A DNA stretch of 64,000 nt from Perkinsus chesapeaki ATCC PRA-425 (Eukaryota > Protista > Perkinsozoa), in NCBI GenBank assembly GCA_013115145.1, contig JAAPAO010000136.1:1-64000 (forward strand), read 5' to 3'. The stretch's first letter is position 1; the number at the start of each line of letters is the position of its first letter. Of this stretch, positions 13,425 through 26,814 are shown in pieces. A program made the translations under genes and the position numbers. A model generated the notes under the pieces. It saw only the letters and a list, made by a program, of their open reading frames with translations. It had not been told where the DNA came from and made no database searches.

Positions 13425-16400
13425 TCAACCTATATATAAGATAAGGGCGTTTCACTGATAGACTCGCTTACTAATATCTGCAATATCCGAGAGCCTTGCC
13501 AAGAACGGAGTCTTCCGGTATGCGGAATATCATCCCGCCATCCTCCACGCCTGCTCGTATCGTCCTAATCTGATTATACGCCGCATCTGCGTCTACATCC
13601 CTCGCTTTGTTCAGCTTTGAGAATGAGACAAGGTAGTCGACGAGGGTAAGCCGGCATAAATCCTTCGTGTCGAGTGTCCCGTCCTGGAAAGAACCAAGCG
13701 TGAAGTGAGGGGCAATTCGTTTCGAAAGTTGTTTGATAGCTCCGTCATCTGTAATGATTGAACTGAAGTGAGGATGATGCTCAGGAGTGCCGCAGGAGCA
13801 AGTGAGGAATTACTCTCCATTTCTTATCGAATAAATGGTAAAATCGGCCCCGAGTGTTAAGGAATGCTTCGGCTCGTCTTCTCCAGATTCTCTGGTCAAC
13901 AAAGTTGCAAGTGTGCATGCACCACCATCACTTGGCTGAAGAGGTACAGTAAGAACGACATGAGCAGTTCGCAGCCCCTCACCTCCCACGCCATCGTTCT
14001 CCCATTACGGCCAGAATCTTTGTTGTCCTTCAACCACCGTTGGTCACGAATCAACCCACTGGACTTGATGATAAAACCAGATAAACTAGACTCATCAACA
14101 ACATATTCGTTTCCCATTTTTCGCCATTTCTTCTCCCTAACTTCCGCTTCAATTTTCTGGGATACGCGTTTAGTAAGACCAGCGTTGCCGGAATCACGGC
14201 GAGACATCCAAGATCTGACCAGTACATCTTGAAGCCTTTCACCGCACTTTAACGTTCTAGTATTCTTGGCGATTGGAGGGTTTTGAGCTTCCAGCCTCGA
14301 GCTTATTTCACGGTGAAGCAACCTGCGATGATGAGGTCAACATAGGGCCTCATTGAAAGCTTTGCAGTGGGCTGTCAGCATCACTTACACTTTAATCGGT
14401 GTGGCTGTCGTGCTCCCGGAGATCACAACGCCGCCTGTCGCGGTAGAGGTAAACTTATATACCCGTGCAAGGGAATCTGCCTCCGCTTTAATATTGCAAT
14501 CTTGTTCCTGATGAGAATGAGATATGATAAGAAGGTGATGGATCGTCCTCACCGATTCCATAGCAACCTCATATATGTTTTTCAGCGAGCTGGAAATGAC
14601 ACCTCCATCATTTTGGACATGAAATCTAACTTCATTGTCGCCGTCTGGAGTAGCAACGCCCGCAGTAGTAGAGGCCTCGGGAGCAGGAGTCTTCAGAAGT
14701 CCTAGGCTCTCTAGCATAGTCTCATCATCATCATCCTCATTCGTGGCAGCAGTCAAGTACAAAAGAAGAGCGCGCTTGCAGAACTCGACCTTCGGGGAAT
14801 CTTTTAGTGGCTCCTGCTGCCAACTTGACAGGCGTGAGACTTCTTCAAATCGACCAAGTATAAAGTCCGAAAATTTCTCGCTTCCTCGACCGGTACTGAA
14901 ACGTGACAGGCAGATGTGACTCGTTAGGGAACTTTTGCTACTATTCTGGGCCGGTGATTTCTTGAATACCGAAGTGCGATGCTAGTTTCAGAGCAACCTG
15001 ACCTTTGCCTTTCGTCCGCCCTGCCTGCATTTCTATACTGCATGCCGATGAACCCTGAAGATGTATGACAGATTATGATGTGTTGTACGGTCGCTCCATC
15101 TCACCGATCTGGCCCGAGCTCCCCAATTCGTCGAAGAGAACGACGGGACGATGACGCTGCCGTCTGCTGCTGTCTCGGCGACCGTCCAGGAGATTTCGCT
15201 CTGTCGTTCCGCCACAGTCTTCTCTAGGATGTCCCAAGCAAGTGTTGAAGGCGCCAGAAGATATACTGATAGCTCCGGTATCGGCTTGGACCAGGAGGAT
15301 TCATCTTTCATCTCGGTCTCAATATATTCCTTTAACATCGACCTCAGGATCTCCATTGCTCGATTGGTTGTCTTTGGACGATTCTGCCATTCTTTCAACA
15401 GAAAATCGCCAAGGTATTTCTGGCAGGTTGAAAGTTCCGAGGGGGTGCTCTCGATATCGACATCCGGTGTGGAAGATGTTTCGTCGTCTGGCGAGTCTTT
15501 CCTGATAGCAATCAGAGCAACGTCCTGTCAGTTACGGCCTGCTGTATCGTTACTGAATTATGTGGAGGGATATGCTCATTTCGCCAGTTCGCTGGCCATC
15601 TTTAAGATTCATAATACGACAAACTCTTTCCCTTGTCTAAAAGTATTAATGATGAAATCCATGACTCAATCTAACACTACTGGCAGGGCAATTCCCCAAA
15701 GTGGGTCGTCTTGAGCATATCTCATCAACTTAGCATACATTTTCGGTACAAGCTGCTCTCCAAGCGATATCTTTGTCAAGTCCAGATGGACATAGACCCC
15801 AGCTCTTTCATAGCGCTCCTGAGGTTTCCGTACATCAGAGCTCGATAGGATTTTTGGCAGAGGTGTCTCTGCCTCTACTAGCCCCTTGTTGGGTGGCAGG
15901 CTGAGCTGGGTGTACCAAACATAGCATGCGATAGACAGCAAACATTTATCTTCTTTCGTGCCCTCTACCCTCCTTTTCAAAAACTTAACACATCGCTCTG
16001 GTGCATCGGCATATTCTTTCTCCCTTCCTTCCGGGTCCCTTCTATTCATATTAATAGGATACACGTCATTTCTGATAGAAAAACCGGTTTTTAACATGAA
16101 AAGTGGGGTTTTTAGATACAGCGTATAATAACACCGCCCCCATAGCCTTCCAACATGGAAGAGCTTCTCCATGTTATATGTGCTCAGCGGAGACTTTTGT
16201 AAATGTCTAAGAGGTGGTATCATTTGCTCGTCTCATATGACCCTGCGAGAACTTTTTGTGGTTTCCAAGCTTTTGAGCGATTCCAGGCATACTACTTCAC
16301 AGATCTCAACAAGAGCTTTACGTTCGTAAATATAACAATATTATGAAACTCACCCACAGCGAATCGTTATGAGGGCGGCGGCGGCAGAGGAGCTAGTTTA

Positions 16401-18524
16401 TTTTAAGCGTCCCGTACTATCAAATAAAGCCTTTTAGAGAAGATCTCAGAGGCGTACACTAGTCGATCGGTAGAAATGTACTGAAGCGTCTAACTTACTC
16501 GCCATCGGTTATCATATGTATTTGGGCTAGTCCTTCCGAAGAATACGAATCCTTCATCTCAAAATAATAACTTTTATCATTTGATTCCCAAGTTGCTCGA
16601 CAAGGCATATCCTTACAAGACATAATATAACAATTCAATTACTTTTTAGACTCACCTTCCTTTCTTTAACTGCATTTTCAAGTTCGAGTAAAGCTTCACC
16701 AAGATCGGATCTTTCGTCCACTCTAAAGCTTTTACGATTCTGTTGGCCTTCATCATGTTGTCTGTCTTCCCAATAAATCACTTTGTCCATTTCTTTTCCA
16801 TCCAAATCTTCATAAGATTTTCCCATAACTTCATTTGCATATTTAAGTATTGCACGAAGATGATCAAATATAGCCATACGGCAGAGGGTAACATCATCAT
16901 GTAATGAGGAAGGGTTAATAGAAGATGGTTGGAAATAATGCATCAAATCAATCCTCAGTTTGTTAGGATATTCAACAAACGAATTATCACCAAACCTACG
17001 AGGACAAGTGTGTGTTACGATAGTAATGGTTACGTAACTACCCAAGTCGTTGAACTTTATGTATTGTAAAATCCTGGTCAAGTTGTAACTCAAGAAGGCC
17101 AAACTGACGGAGTTTGCTTCTTTGCTCGCCCATTTGTGATATCTCACATAACACTGGGTCCTGAGCATGTTTATTAAACAGTGAGAAGTCTTTTGCTTAC
17201 CCTCGAAGGTGGCGCTAAAACATCTAACCTTAACAGGAACTTTTCGGAGTTTCTTTCCATCAAAGAGATCAACTGACTTCCTAGGAAGGATCCATGCTCA
17301 GCCACATATACGCTTTTCTCAAGGGTAACTGAGCTCGCGAGATCTGCTTTCATTCTCGCACCAATAAAGCTCGTCAGCTTCTTCGTCATGTGTCTTTGGG
17401 ATAAGTCGGTTATAGTGGGGAGCAGATCGCCAAGCTCATGGTAGCAGCTCTTCCACTTCCTGGTTTTACGTTGAACATTCTGGATGAGTGTGTGGTAAGA
17501 GTGCCTGAAAGAACCCTCAATCGTGAAGAAGAGCTCTGACTCAGCTCCACCGTACTCGCGCTCTCCCTGCATGTCCTGAAGATAGCTGGTAATTGCACCG
17601 AGCAAGACATCTCCTTTTTGGTTGAGGAATATCTGATAGTTATGTTGGTCATCCCCACTTTTGACAATTGTCCCTAAAGTGCATTTAGAATCCTAAACAT
17701 GAATAAGCTCGACAATATAATAATGTTATAATTACAGTAAAGTATTCCACACCAGTTGTTGGTTCAAGTGCCACCATATATCCTATAAGCTCACTCAACC
17801 CTATCACTGCTGCTTCCATGGTAGTAGACTGTGGGATTTGGAAGCCTCCCTTACGGTCTTCCTTCAGTTCTAGTATCGTACTGATTTCATCAAGTACATC
17901 CCCAAATGGCCCTCCAGCTCCCAGTGCTGAAGCTGAGGTGCTCGGAGAAGATCCATCTTCGGAGTTAACCAACCGTCTTTTACTCGATGACGATGGCGAG
18001 GCAGCGTATGATGCTTCCTGTACGTCGACATCTGCTTTCAGTAGTTTTCTGATCTCTCCGTTCGCCCTATTCGAAGTCCTCCACAAGTATCCAGCTTTGA
18101 GATGAGAAGCCATGCTTTGTAAGCACTCGGCCTTAGCGAGCGATTTAGGACTGCCCTCCCCGGTAGTGGGTGATAGCTCGAGGATAACTCTTTGAATCTC
18201 ATTAAAGGCGACCGATGGGCCAGTCGGCCGCATACGGTAGCTGAGCCTGAATAGGGCAGCCGGGGCGTGATATGAAAAACATTGTGAATGTTACTGGCTG
18301 TTGGTGTAGAAATCCAATTCAAATGTTCCCACACCTTCCTCAAAGTCAAAGAGATACTCCTTTTCAATAACTTTATATTTAGCTGTGCACTTCTTAACCT
18401 TTTTATTGCCAATCTGAGTAATAACAATTCATTCAAGATTAATTGTGATAATTGTTACCATTCGAGAAGTTGATAATACCTCGACACCCAATGCCAGTAA
18501 TATTAAATGACAAGTGTACAACAT
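13425..18524 (-). CDS. Uncharacterised large secreted protein 'A', about 8 tandem two-exon Cys modules
   Basis: Start MLYTCHLILLALGVE; short exons 18295-18413, 17042-17160, 16499-16611, 15554-15636, 14942-15054, 14389-14507, 13814-13935; helical motifs LCRMAIFDHL, KCLLSIACYV, TCQKYLGDFL, FCKRALLLYL, LCRLTLVDYL. 3' end approximate. Confidence 0.7.
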
Positions 18525-19199
18525 GGATTAAAAGGTAACAGCTATCATAAAGAATAACTTCCTATTGTCGAAGGGAGGGTTAAACACGAAGGACATCATC
18601 TTCATGATCGCCGCAGGTGTTTCACTGATGAAGAAGACGTATGGCGTAAGCTACAGTTTGGAAGATTTCTAAAGGAGATGATCAACATAAATCCCGCTTG
18701 AACATACATCATCGAATCAGCAGCAACAATAAACGAACAGAGGCTGTTTCTGGGATCCACTTTACGGGCCTCGAGACTGTGTTTACGCTGATGTAGTCTG
18801 CGTCAAGCTGCTAGGTATCCATCCTAGGTGTAAGTATATTTTGAACGGAATGAGGGCTCCACTGTAGGTAAGGTAACTTCTTCAGATTCGGTCCTGTGGA
18901 AAACCGACTGGTGAAGCCTTTAATGAATCTAATATCCTTCCTCCGCTGCGTAAGTTCCCGATCAGCTACAATGGTAACCGTAAAAAACTTGACGCTTGAC
19001 AGCATTAGAATTTCAACACTTCCTCTTAAATTGGGTAGCGATATTGATGAGATGGAGGACGCCAATAGCAGATGGCTTCTCAAGCCGGGCCCCCAAAATG
19101 TTTATACGGTAATATCTTCGTGCACATTCCCGAGCGGCCGTCACGAGGCTCGAATCGGCTATCTCTGACTCCTCTGTCCAATACTCTCTATTGTGAGCA

Positions 19200-19480
19200 A
19201 ACACTCTGTCGCCGATGCATCATCCACTAATGGCCAAGCCCACCGAGGTACCCAATGAATGCAGCCTGAGCATCAGCACCATCTTCGAATTCTATCAGCT
19301 TCTTAATGGCAATATCCATGCCTGGCCACGACACTTATCCAAGAGAAATATGATAACAAAAGCAGCACGAACACGAGGTGGTAAAAGTCTAATTGCAAAA
19401 GTTACCGGGACACGGTAAGCGGGTATCCACTATTGACAGTCACATTTTGAATGGACAAAGGGCAACGTCCCTTTCCCGAA
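19200..19480 (-). pseudogene. Degenerate relic of the secreted-module family, most similar to the last module of gene C
   Basis: Minus frame SWPGMDIAIKKLIEFEDGADAQAAFIGYLGGLGH* aligns by eye with gene C EWGGMWNAIGELESFKEG...AKAAFIGYLSGFCH; in-frame TAG follows the His. Confidence 0.5.
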
Positions 19481-19821
19481 TATGGATGGTTCGAGGAGTG
19501 AGGTGACTACACTGAAGTCTCTGTTAAAGTCAAAGTTTGAGCGCTTGTGCTCTTTAACAGCCCAGTGCTCTTTATGATATTGAAAGTAGCGAGAGGAGGT
19601 TGAAGGATCAGACCGCCTAGCATCAATCTTCGGATATAGCCCAGCTCTCCGCGAAAGCCGCTGCTTTCACTGAATCTTCGAACTGCCGAACAGACTTCAG
19701 CGAAGCGTCTCCGCAATTTGATAACAAAAGTTAAAACAGTTGAACTCCTGTTGTATCACATCTCAAGACCTTGAAGTGGAATAGCCCGCTGCAGGTTAAA
19801 AGACTTCCTAAGCAGCGCATA

Positions 19822-20181
19822 CACTGGCAATTACAGTATAACATACATCACACTGGCAATTACAGTATAACATACATCACACTGGCAATTACAGTATAAC
19901 ATACATCACACTGGCAATTACAGTATAACATACATCACACTGGCAATTACAGTATAACATACATCACACTGGCAATTACAGTATAACATACATCACACTG
20001 GCAATTACAGTNNNNNNNNNNNNNNNNNNNNNNNNNNNNNNNNNNNNNNNNNNNNNNNNNNNNNNNNNNNNNNNNNNNNNNNNNNNNNNNNNNNNNNNNN
20101 NNNNNNNNNCTGGCAATTACAGTATAACATACATCACACTGGCAATTACAGTATAACATACATCACACTGGCAATTACAGT
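19822..20181. repeat. Perfect 29-bp tandem array (cactggcaattacagtataacatacatca) spanning an assembly gap
   Basis: Identical units at 19822, 19851, 19880, 19909, 19938, 19967, partial at 19996; resumes after the Ns and ends at 20181; no spacers. Confidence 0.95.
20012..20109. other. Assembly gap (98 N) inside the 29-bp array; true copy number unknown
   Basis: Run of n characters. Confidence 0.99.
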
Positions 20182-20422
20182 AGATCAATGAAACAGCAGC
20201 ACGAACAAGGGAACAAGGAATATTTATAGGATCCACTTTAGCGGCTTTCAGATTATCTTTATGGTAATCCAATAGTAAAGAATTGACAACTCAACAATAA
20301 GGGATAGAAGCTTATCAAACCCCAGGGCGATCGACTATCACAAAAAGGGTACCACGCTTCAGCGCAGGATTGCTGTATACTCCCATTTTAGGAGTGTGCA
20401 ATAATAACAATTATCATCGGCA

Positions 20423-21137
20423 TCAACGCCTGTGCTCGAAAACACGGCCAGTATAAGACGAACGCTTCACTTCTTCAGAGCCCCTTGGTTTGAAGGACAA
20501 ACTGGTACCATTAACACAATGCCGTTCGTCTGTAGCATATCTGATAGAAAAAGCGTAGAAACAGTGCCTAGATACGAAGCCAAGCTCACCCCATGCCTTC
20601 GCCGCGGAACACATGGCCGAGATGTGAGCCACATTTAGAACAAAGTATTTCAATACGACCAGAACCATCAGTCTCCATACGTTCTGCAACAGCATCGTCG
20701 ATGTTAGTCCAATAACCCGGCCACCCACAACCGCAATCGAACTTATGACTCGAATCGTATCTGGTAGAGTAAGTGTAAGTCTCCGTATCATCGGTTATAT
20801 CTGAGCTATAGGCTGATTACAGTGGTGTATCACAAGCACCACAAAGATAAGTGCCATCAGCAAAGTTATCATCCCATCCACCTTTTGCCATAGTTATACC
20901 GCGAGGCTCGGTAGCAGCTTCCCTGAGGACCTAAGTTAATGCTATATTCATGATGAAAATTAACTCTTGTCATTGATGCACCTTGAATTGTGTAGGAGTG
21001 AGCCTCTCTTTGAAATAATCATCGCCTTTATCCAATGTACCATCAATTTGAAGAGAAGTCTTACTGCATGCTAGTCGACCGTTTACACTACTACTCATTG
21101 ATCGAATGGGGAAGAGTGAAAATAAACGCTTAAGCAT
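20423..21137 (-). CDS. msrB: Methionine-R-sulfoxide reductase B, multi-exon, possible organellar presequence
   Basis: Spliced translation: YFKERLTPTQFKVLREAATEP...GTYLCGACDTPLY...KFDCGCGWPGY...EILCSKCGSHLGHVFRGEG...ERHCVNGTSLSF; both CxxC zinc motifs present. Confidence 0.9.
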
Positions 21138-21515
21138 AAACTGACACGAATACTTGATCATGACATCATAGCCCTTTGCCAATTTACCTACTGATGGCTA
21201 CTAGATAGCACGCACACGCACACAACCGGAGTCGGCGTGCTCAACCGGCTGAAGCACCTCACTCATTGATGACATCAATTTCACCAGACATCTCCCTTGA
21301 CTTCGTGATTGAATACACAATACAAGAGAGATCTTGAATTGAGCTGATTACCCCTGACTTGGTCGTTTTCGAGAGGTACATTGTAAACTCAAAGCTAAGC
21401 TGAACAGTAACACAGCCATCTTAACATAAGCACATGTGTACGTACACCTTGGAGAGTTGTCTTCACTTATCCCAACAGTTAATAAAAACAACAGCAACAA
21501 TGAGAGCAATTCCAT

Positions 21516-24500
21516 TTAGCTGGCCATTTCTGCAGTCATTTCTGCGAGACCTTTAAGTGCCTCGCCAAGGAGAGTAACCCCGGGAAGAAGGGTAAATACG
21601 ACCGAGTCATTCTCGATTTCCTCCTTCCTTGCTTTTCTGGCCTCCTCGTAAGATTTTGTAATATTTGGTAACTTACGAGGCGATTGTAGCATTTGGAAAG
21701 CAATAAGATATTCGCAGAGTGTCAGTCGACACACTTCATCGATTTCAGTCGCAAGCACTGGATGAATCTTGCTAAGATGAGGACCTAGACGGTTCCAAAC
21801 TGGGTTGATGAATTCCAGCTCGGTTATAACAGAACTAAAAGGAACAACATGTACAATGGGGATCGCACGGCAGCTTAGCACATCCACGCTTACTCGTCGC
21901 TCCTTATCGATAAAATCACGAGATCGCTCCGAAGTGTGAGTGAATACTTGGGGACTGTCCCACCTGGCTTTCTAGGCTCCGCCGATGCCATGGTACAGAG
22001 TCCACGATTCTCCTGAGTCATGGAGTTAGCGCGATCAAGACTCTTCCACTCACTTCAACCCAGTTCGATCCAGCATTCCGGCGAGCTTTCTCCTCCCTTA
22101 TCGCCGAGGCTCTGTCATGTGCCATTCCAACAGTCTTCATTATGAAATCAGACAATGTGTTCTTTCTAACGAGGGCTTCCCGCTTATCCGATGACTTCCA
22201 CTTTCCCTCCCCAATCTCTATCTGCATCTTCTGCACCACTCGAAGAAAAAGGTACACATTGACAATATGAATGGTCTCTCTCCATTTTTGTACAAGAGTG
22301 TCACGAAGCCTTGTGTGACACGTGAAGGAGGGAGTAGTAAAGCTGGTTGGTCGTCTAAAGTACCAAGATGAGAAAGCCCCCAAATGAATTAGTTATTTGC
22401 TTACATTTTCGCAAGCTCAATACTTCCTCGGTTCGTGGTGAGTACGACGATGCCAGAGGGAGTAGAGGTGAATACATACGTCTGAATGTAGGCGTTGCAT
22501 TCCCTTTTGATACTGCATTCTCGAACCTTGGCTCAAGATCTTACACCAGATAATGATGACCATTTACCTACCGATTCCATTGCAAGTTCATTCAGCCTTG
22601 TAAGTGAAGTAGATACGATACCACCATCATCAACAATATTCAACTTCACCGTCCCATCCTCGGAAGCTGTACTAGTTCGGAGCGCCCTCCAAGCAGCCTT
22701 ATCGAAAGGTTCCGCTTCAGCCGGGAGGAGCTTCTCCTCGTTGTAAATATTGAGGGCGGCACCCATATACCGTAGAAGACTGAGCTTGCATAACTCTACA
22801 AATGGAGCCTCCTTTGGTGTCTCTGAAGGAACGGTTATCTGCTGGTAGCTTTCTCCAAGGCGAGTGAAGAGATATTTCATGAATCTATCGCTCCCTCGAC
22901 CGGTACTAAGAAAAAGTTAACCGATAAGGAAAGCGACGGAAACATGTTTTACTATTCCGGCCCAGCGGTTTCCCGGATGACGAAGTCTGATGTCAAACTT
23001 AAAGTGAATGTCCGAGCCCGAGGATATCTAACTTCTACGCTGCAAGTCGACGATGCCTAAAGTAATAAAATGTGATGTGTCAAAGTAGACTTGATGTCAT
23101 CTTACCAGGCTCTTAGTGAGCGAAGTGTGCCAGTGTGTCAGAGAGAACTCACCGGTGAGGAGACTACCGTCACTGGCAGTCTCGGCAACTATCCAAGATT
23201 TCTCAGCGTCGTCCTCCACTAATGTGCTCAAAAGCCTCAAGGCAATCGCCGATGGTGTTATGAAATAGACTGAGCGGTCCACTACTGGTTTAAACCAGAT
23301 AGATGAATCTTTCATCTCAGCCGTTATATACTCCAGGAGCATCGGTTTCAGACTCGGTAGTGCAGCGCCTTTCATTTCGTTGGACAGACTGTGTTCCCAT
23401 GCCTTTAGCAAGTACTCGAGAAGATATCTCTGACAGAGATTGACATCAGATGCTTCGTCCTCGAACTCAAGGAAGGAGTCATCATCCCAATCACCATCCT
23501 CGTGAAGGACTGAATCACCACCCTTCCCCGAGCCGGCTACTCTGAGCGATGATACATCGATGACGAACGGAGTAATAATTACTCTAAAGACAAAACGAGT
23601 TCACTGATTTGGATGCTATTGGCTTCCTTCAAGGCCGCAATGCGACACGATCTTTCAAGTGCCTGCACACGGTGATAGGTCTAGTGGTAGCTTGAAGATA
23701 TTACTGGCAACGATATCGCCCAGTATGGATTATCTTGTGCGTTTTTCAACAGTTTGGAATGCATAGTCGGTATCGTGCTTTGCCAGACCAACATGTTCGT
23801 TGAGTCGAGACCAACGGCCCCTTCGCTATATTTGTGATCCCGTGAAGTGTATGAGCTCTTAAGGGCTTCGAACACGCTCGGCAGACTCTTCTCCGCCACT
23901 ACCAGTCTGTGGTCACTCCGAGGCGCATCAGTTTGAAAATAGAAAAGATAACATGCGATAGAAAGAATGCATTTCTCGTCTTCGGTGGTTATCTTTATCG
24001 TCTTAGCAAACTGTTGGCAGCGAGCCAATACGTCAGAGTATCTTGGTAGCCTCGTCAAACCTCTTCTGTCAGCCATGAAAGGATAGACATCGGTTCTGAT
24101 GGAAAAAGGATCTTCTACGCGTCGGTGAGCGCGGAAGGCCGAGTTATCAAAAATACGAATATGATGGTACTACTACTGCAGGACTACTGATGAAGCGTCT
24201 AACTTACTCGCCATCGGTTATCATATGTATTTGGGCTAGTCCTTCCGGAGAATACGAATCCTTCATCTCAAAATAATAACTTTTATCATTTGATTCCCAA
24301 GTTGCTCGACAAGGCATATCCTTACAAGACATAATATAACAATTCAATTACTTTTTAAACTCACCTTCCTTTCTTTAACTGCATTTTCAAGTTCGAGTAA
24401 AGCTTTACCAAGATCGGATCTTTCGTCCACTCTAAAGCTTTTACGATTCTGTTGGCCTTCATCATGTTGTCTGTCTTCCCAATAAATCACTTTGTCCATT

Positions 24501-26814
24501 TCTTTTCCATCCAAATCTTTATAAGATTTTCCCATAACTTCATTTGCGTATTTGAGTATTGCACGAAGATGATCAAATATAGCCATACGGCAGAGGGTAA
24601 CATCATCATGTAATGAGGAAGGGTTAATAGGAGATGGTTGGAAATAATGCATCAAATCAATCCCCAGTTTGTTAGGATATTCAATAAATGAATTATCACC
24701 AACCCTACAGAAATAGGTATGTGTTACGATAGTAATGGTTACGTAACTACCCAAATCGTTGAACTTTATGTATTTTAAAATCCTGGTCAAGTTGTAACTC
24801 AAGTTTGCTCTCTTCGTTGCCCATCTGTGATATCTCACATAATACTGGATCCTGAGCATGTTCATAATACAATACTAATGCTTCATTTCCCTACCCTTGG
24901 GGGCGGTGTTATAACGTTCGACATAGGCAAGTCGTCGAAGTTAATCCTCATAAGGGTTACCAGCTGCTCCCCCAGGAAAGATTCGCTCTCCACCATGAAT
25001 ACGTTCAGGTCGGATGCGGGTAAGCTGCTGATGTCCGTTCTCGTCTTGGCGCCAATAAGACCCATCAACTTCCGTGTCATGTACTGTTGAGAGAGCTCCA
25101 TAGCTGCGACTATGCTGTCCATTAGCTCTCTTTTGCAACTTTTCTTTTTCTTCTTCCGACGTGAAGTATTCTCGGCGTGCTTGAGGGTATGGGAGAAAGC
25201 CCTGAGAGAGGGCACTTGGTTGTCGACAAGGATTCCGACAAAGCAACTGTACGGGCTTAGAAGGTTGCGCCTTACTCGGCTTGGGAGTTCTGAACGGATC
25301 TGGTAATTGCACCGAGCAAGACATCTCCTTGTTGGTTGAGGAATATCTGATAGTTATGTTGGTCATCCCCACTTTTGACAATTGTCCCTAAAGTGCATTT
25401 AGAATCCTAAACATGAATAAGCTCGACTATATAATAATGTTATCATTACAGTAAAGTATTCCACACCAGTTGTTGGTTCAAGTGCCACCATATATCCTAT
25501 AAGCTCACTCAACCCTATCACTGCTGCTTCCATGGTAGTAGACTGTGGGATTTGGAAGCCTCCCTTACGGTCTTCCTTCAGTTCTAGTATTGTATTAAAT
25601 TCGTGTTCCGTCGACGGAACCGAGAGTAACGAGTATGATGATTTCGATGATAGGGACGAAGATGATGATGATCTTTGTAAGGAAGGGGAGGATGATCTTC
25701 GTGAGGCTTGGGAGGATGACATGCGCGATGATGATGATGATGATCTTTGTAAGGAAGGGGAGGATGATCTTCGTGAGGCGGGGGAGGATGACATGCGCGA
25801 TGATGATGATGATGATGACTGCAGTGATTCTTGGGATATTCCATCTCCTTTTATTAACTCCTTAATTTCCTCATTCACAGGTAAAGCCTTCCAATAGTAT
25901 CCAGTGGTAATATGGATCAGTATGGCCTGTAAACACCTGTTTCTTGGTGACTTAGGATTATCCTCCAAATCCATGGGCCAGACCGCATTGACAAGTTCTT
26001 TAATCTTGCTAAGAATGGCTGAGAAGCCCTTCATCACGCGGTAGTTGATTCTGAACAAGTCATTACCCGATCCAGTTGACAGTGGATCGTGGGACTCCAT
26101 CTTAAAATATATGTTACTATCAACGTTTACCGATGAATACGACACCAATTTAAGTACATACAGTCTCGTCACAAAATTGTCCCGCGCCGATCTGAATAGG
26201 TTTCTGATAGGGTACTGTATAAAAATAAAGTTGGTACTAGCAATCAACCACAAATTTCCAGCCCAACACAGAGGTGTAGAACTCATCATCCCGCGACCTC
26301 TGACTTCCGAGATATCCAGTTTTAGGGAAGCTAACGCCCGCCAAACTTTTACCTTGGAATTTTTCATGTTCATTTGAGAACACCAAAAATTCATTATTTT
26401 GCCCTATCGAAAACCTATTCACCGGGACAATTCTTTGCCAGACTGTATCATAGGGGGCGCTCAGTAATATACTGTATCTTACACGAATATGCGGCGCGCA
26501 AGAATGAACTGCAGCTAACGTGCGACCTCAAAACGGCCACTCAAAAGAAACTAGTGCTTATAAATGATTGAAACAAAATCTTACTGGCTGTTGGTGTGGG
26601 AATCCAATTCAAATGTTCCCACACCTTCCTTAAATTCAAAGAGGTACTCCTTTCCCATAACTTTATATTTAGCTGTGCACTTCTTAACCTTTTTATTGCC
26701 AATCTGAGTAATAACAATTCATTCAAGACTAACTGTGATAATTGTTACCATTCGAGAAGTTGATAATACCTCGACACCCAATGCCAGTAATATTAGGTGA
26801 CAAGTGTACAACAT
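21516..26814 (-). CDS. Uncharacterised large secreted protein 'B', paralog of A (about 8 modules)
   Basis: Same leader MLYTCHLILLALGVE; colinear with A; motifs LCRMAIFDHL, KCILSIACYL, LCQRYLLEYL, LCKLSLLRYM, VCRLTLCEYL; e.g. short exon 23583-23662 ALERSCRIAALKEANSIQISELVLSLE ending in phase 2. Confidence 0.7.
25660..25815 (-). repeat. Coding 72-bp (24-aa) Ser/Arg-rich duplication in gene B
   Basis: atctttgtaaggaagggg recurs at 25671 and 25743; peptide SSSSSSRMSSS(P/Q)ASRRSSSPSLQR x2. Confidence 0.8.

Noticed and set aside
15151-15714. Long plus-strand ORFs (also 25532-25897, 31412-31705, 41082-41600, 41438-42037 and similar) as genes
   Set aside because: Antisense shadows of well-supported genes on the other strand; no independent motifs.
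16635-17168. AT-rich ORF duplicated at 24344-24865 as an inserted mobile element or foreign gene
   Set aside because: It resolves into ordinary spliced exons of modules 3-4 of genes A and B; no terminal repeats or transposase motifs.
19822-20181. 29-bp array as a CRISPR array
   Set aside because: Units abut with no unique spacers, context is eukaryotic, and no cas genes are present.
19361-20207. 13-bp direct repeat agcagcacgaaca (19361-19373, 20195-20207) as a target-site duplication around the 29-bp array
   Set aside because: The enclosed segment includes the family relic and shows no element ends or coding hallmarks; insufficient support.
22527-22537. cttggctcaag matches the last 11 nt of the spliced leader
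   Set aside because: Not followed by a GT donor or a plus-strand gene; lies antisense within gene B; likely chance.
25268-25276. Apparent in-frame stop making gene B a pseudogene
   Set aside because: The TAA lies inside a phase-2 intron donor (GA-gtaagg) that matches an intron at the same position in gene A.
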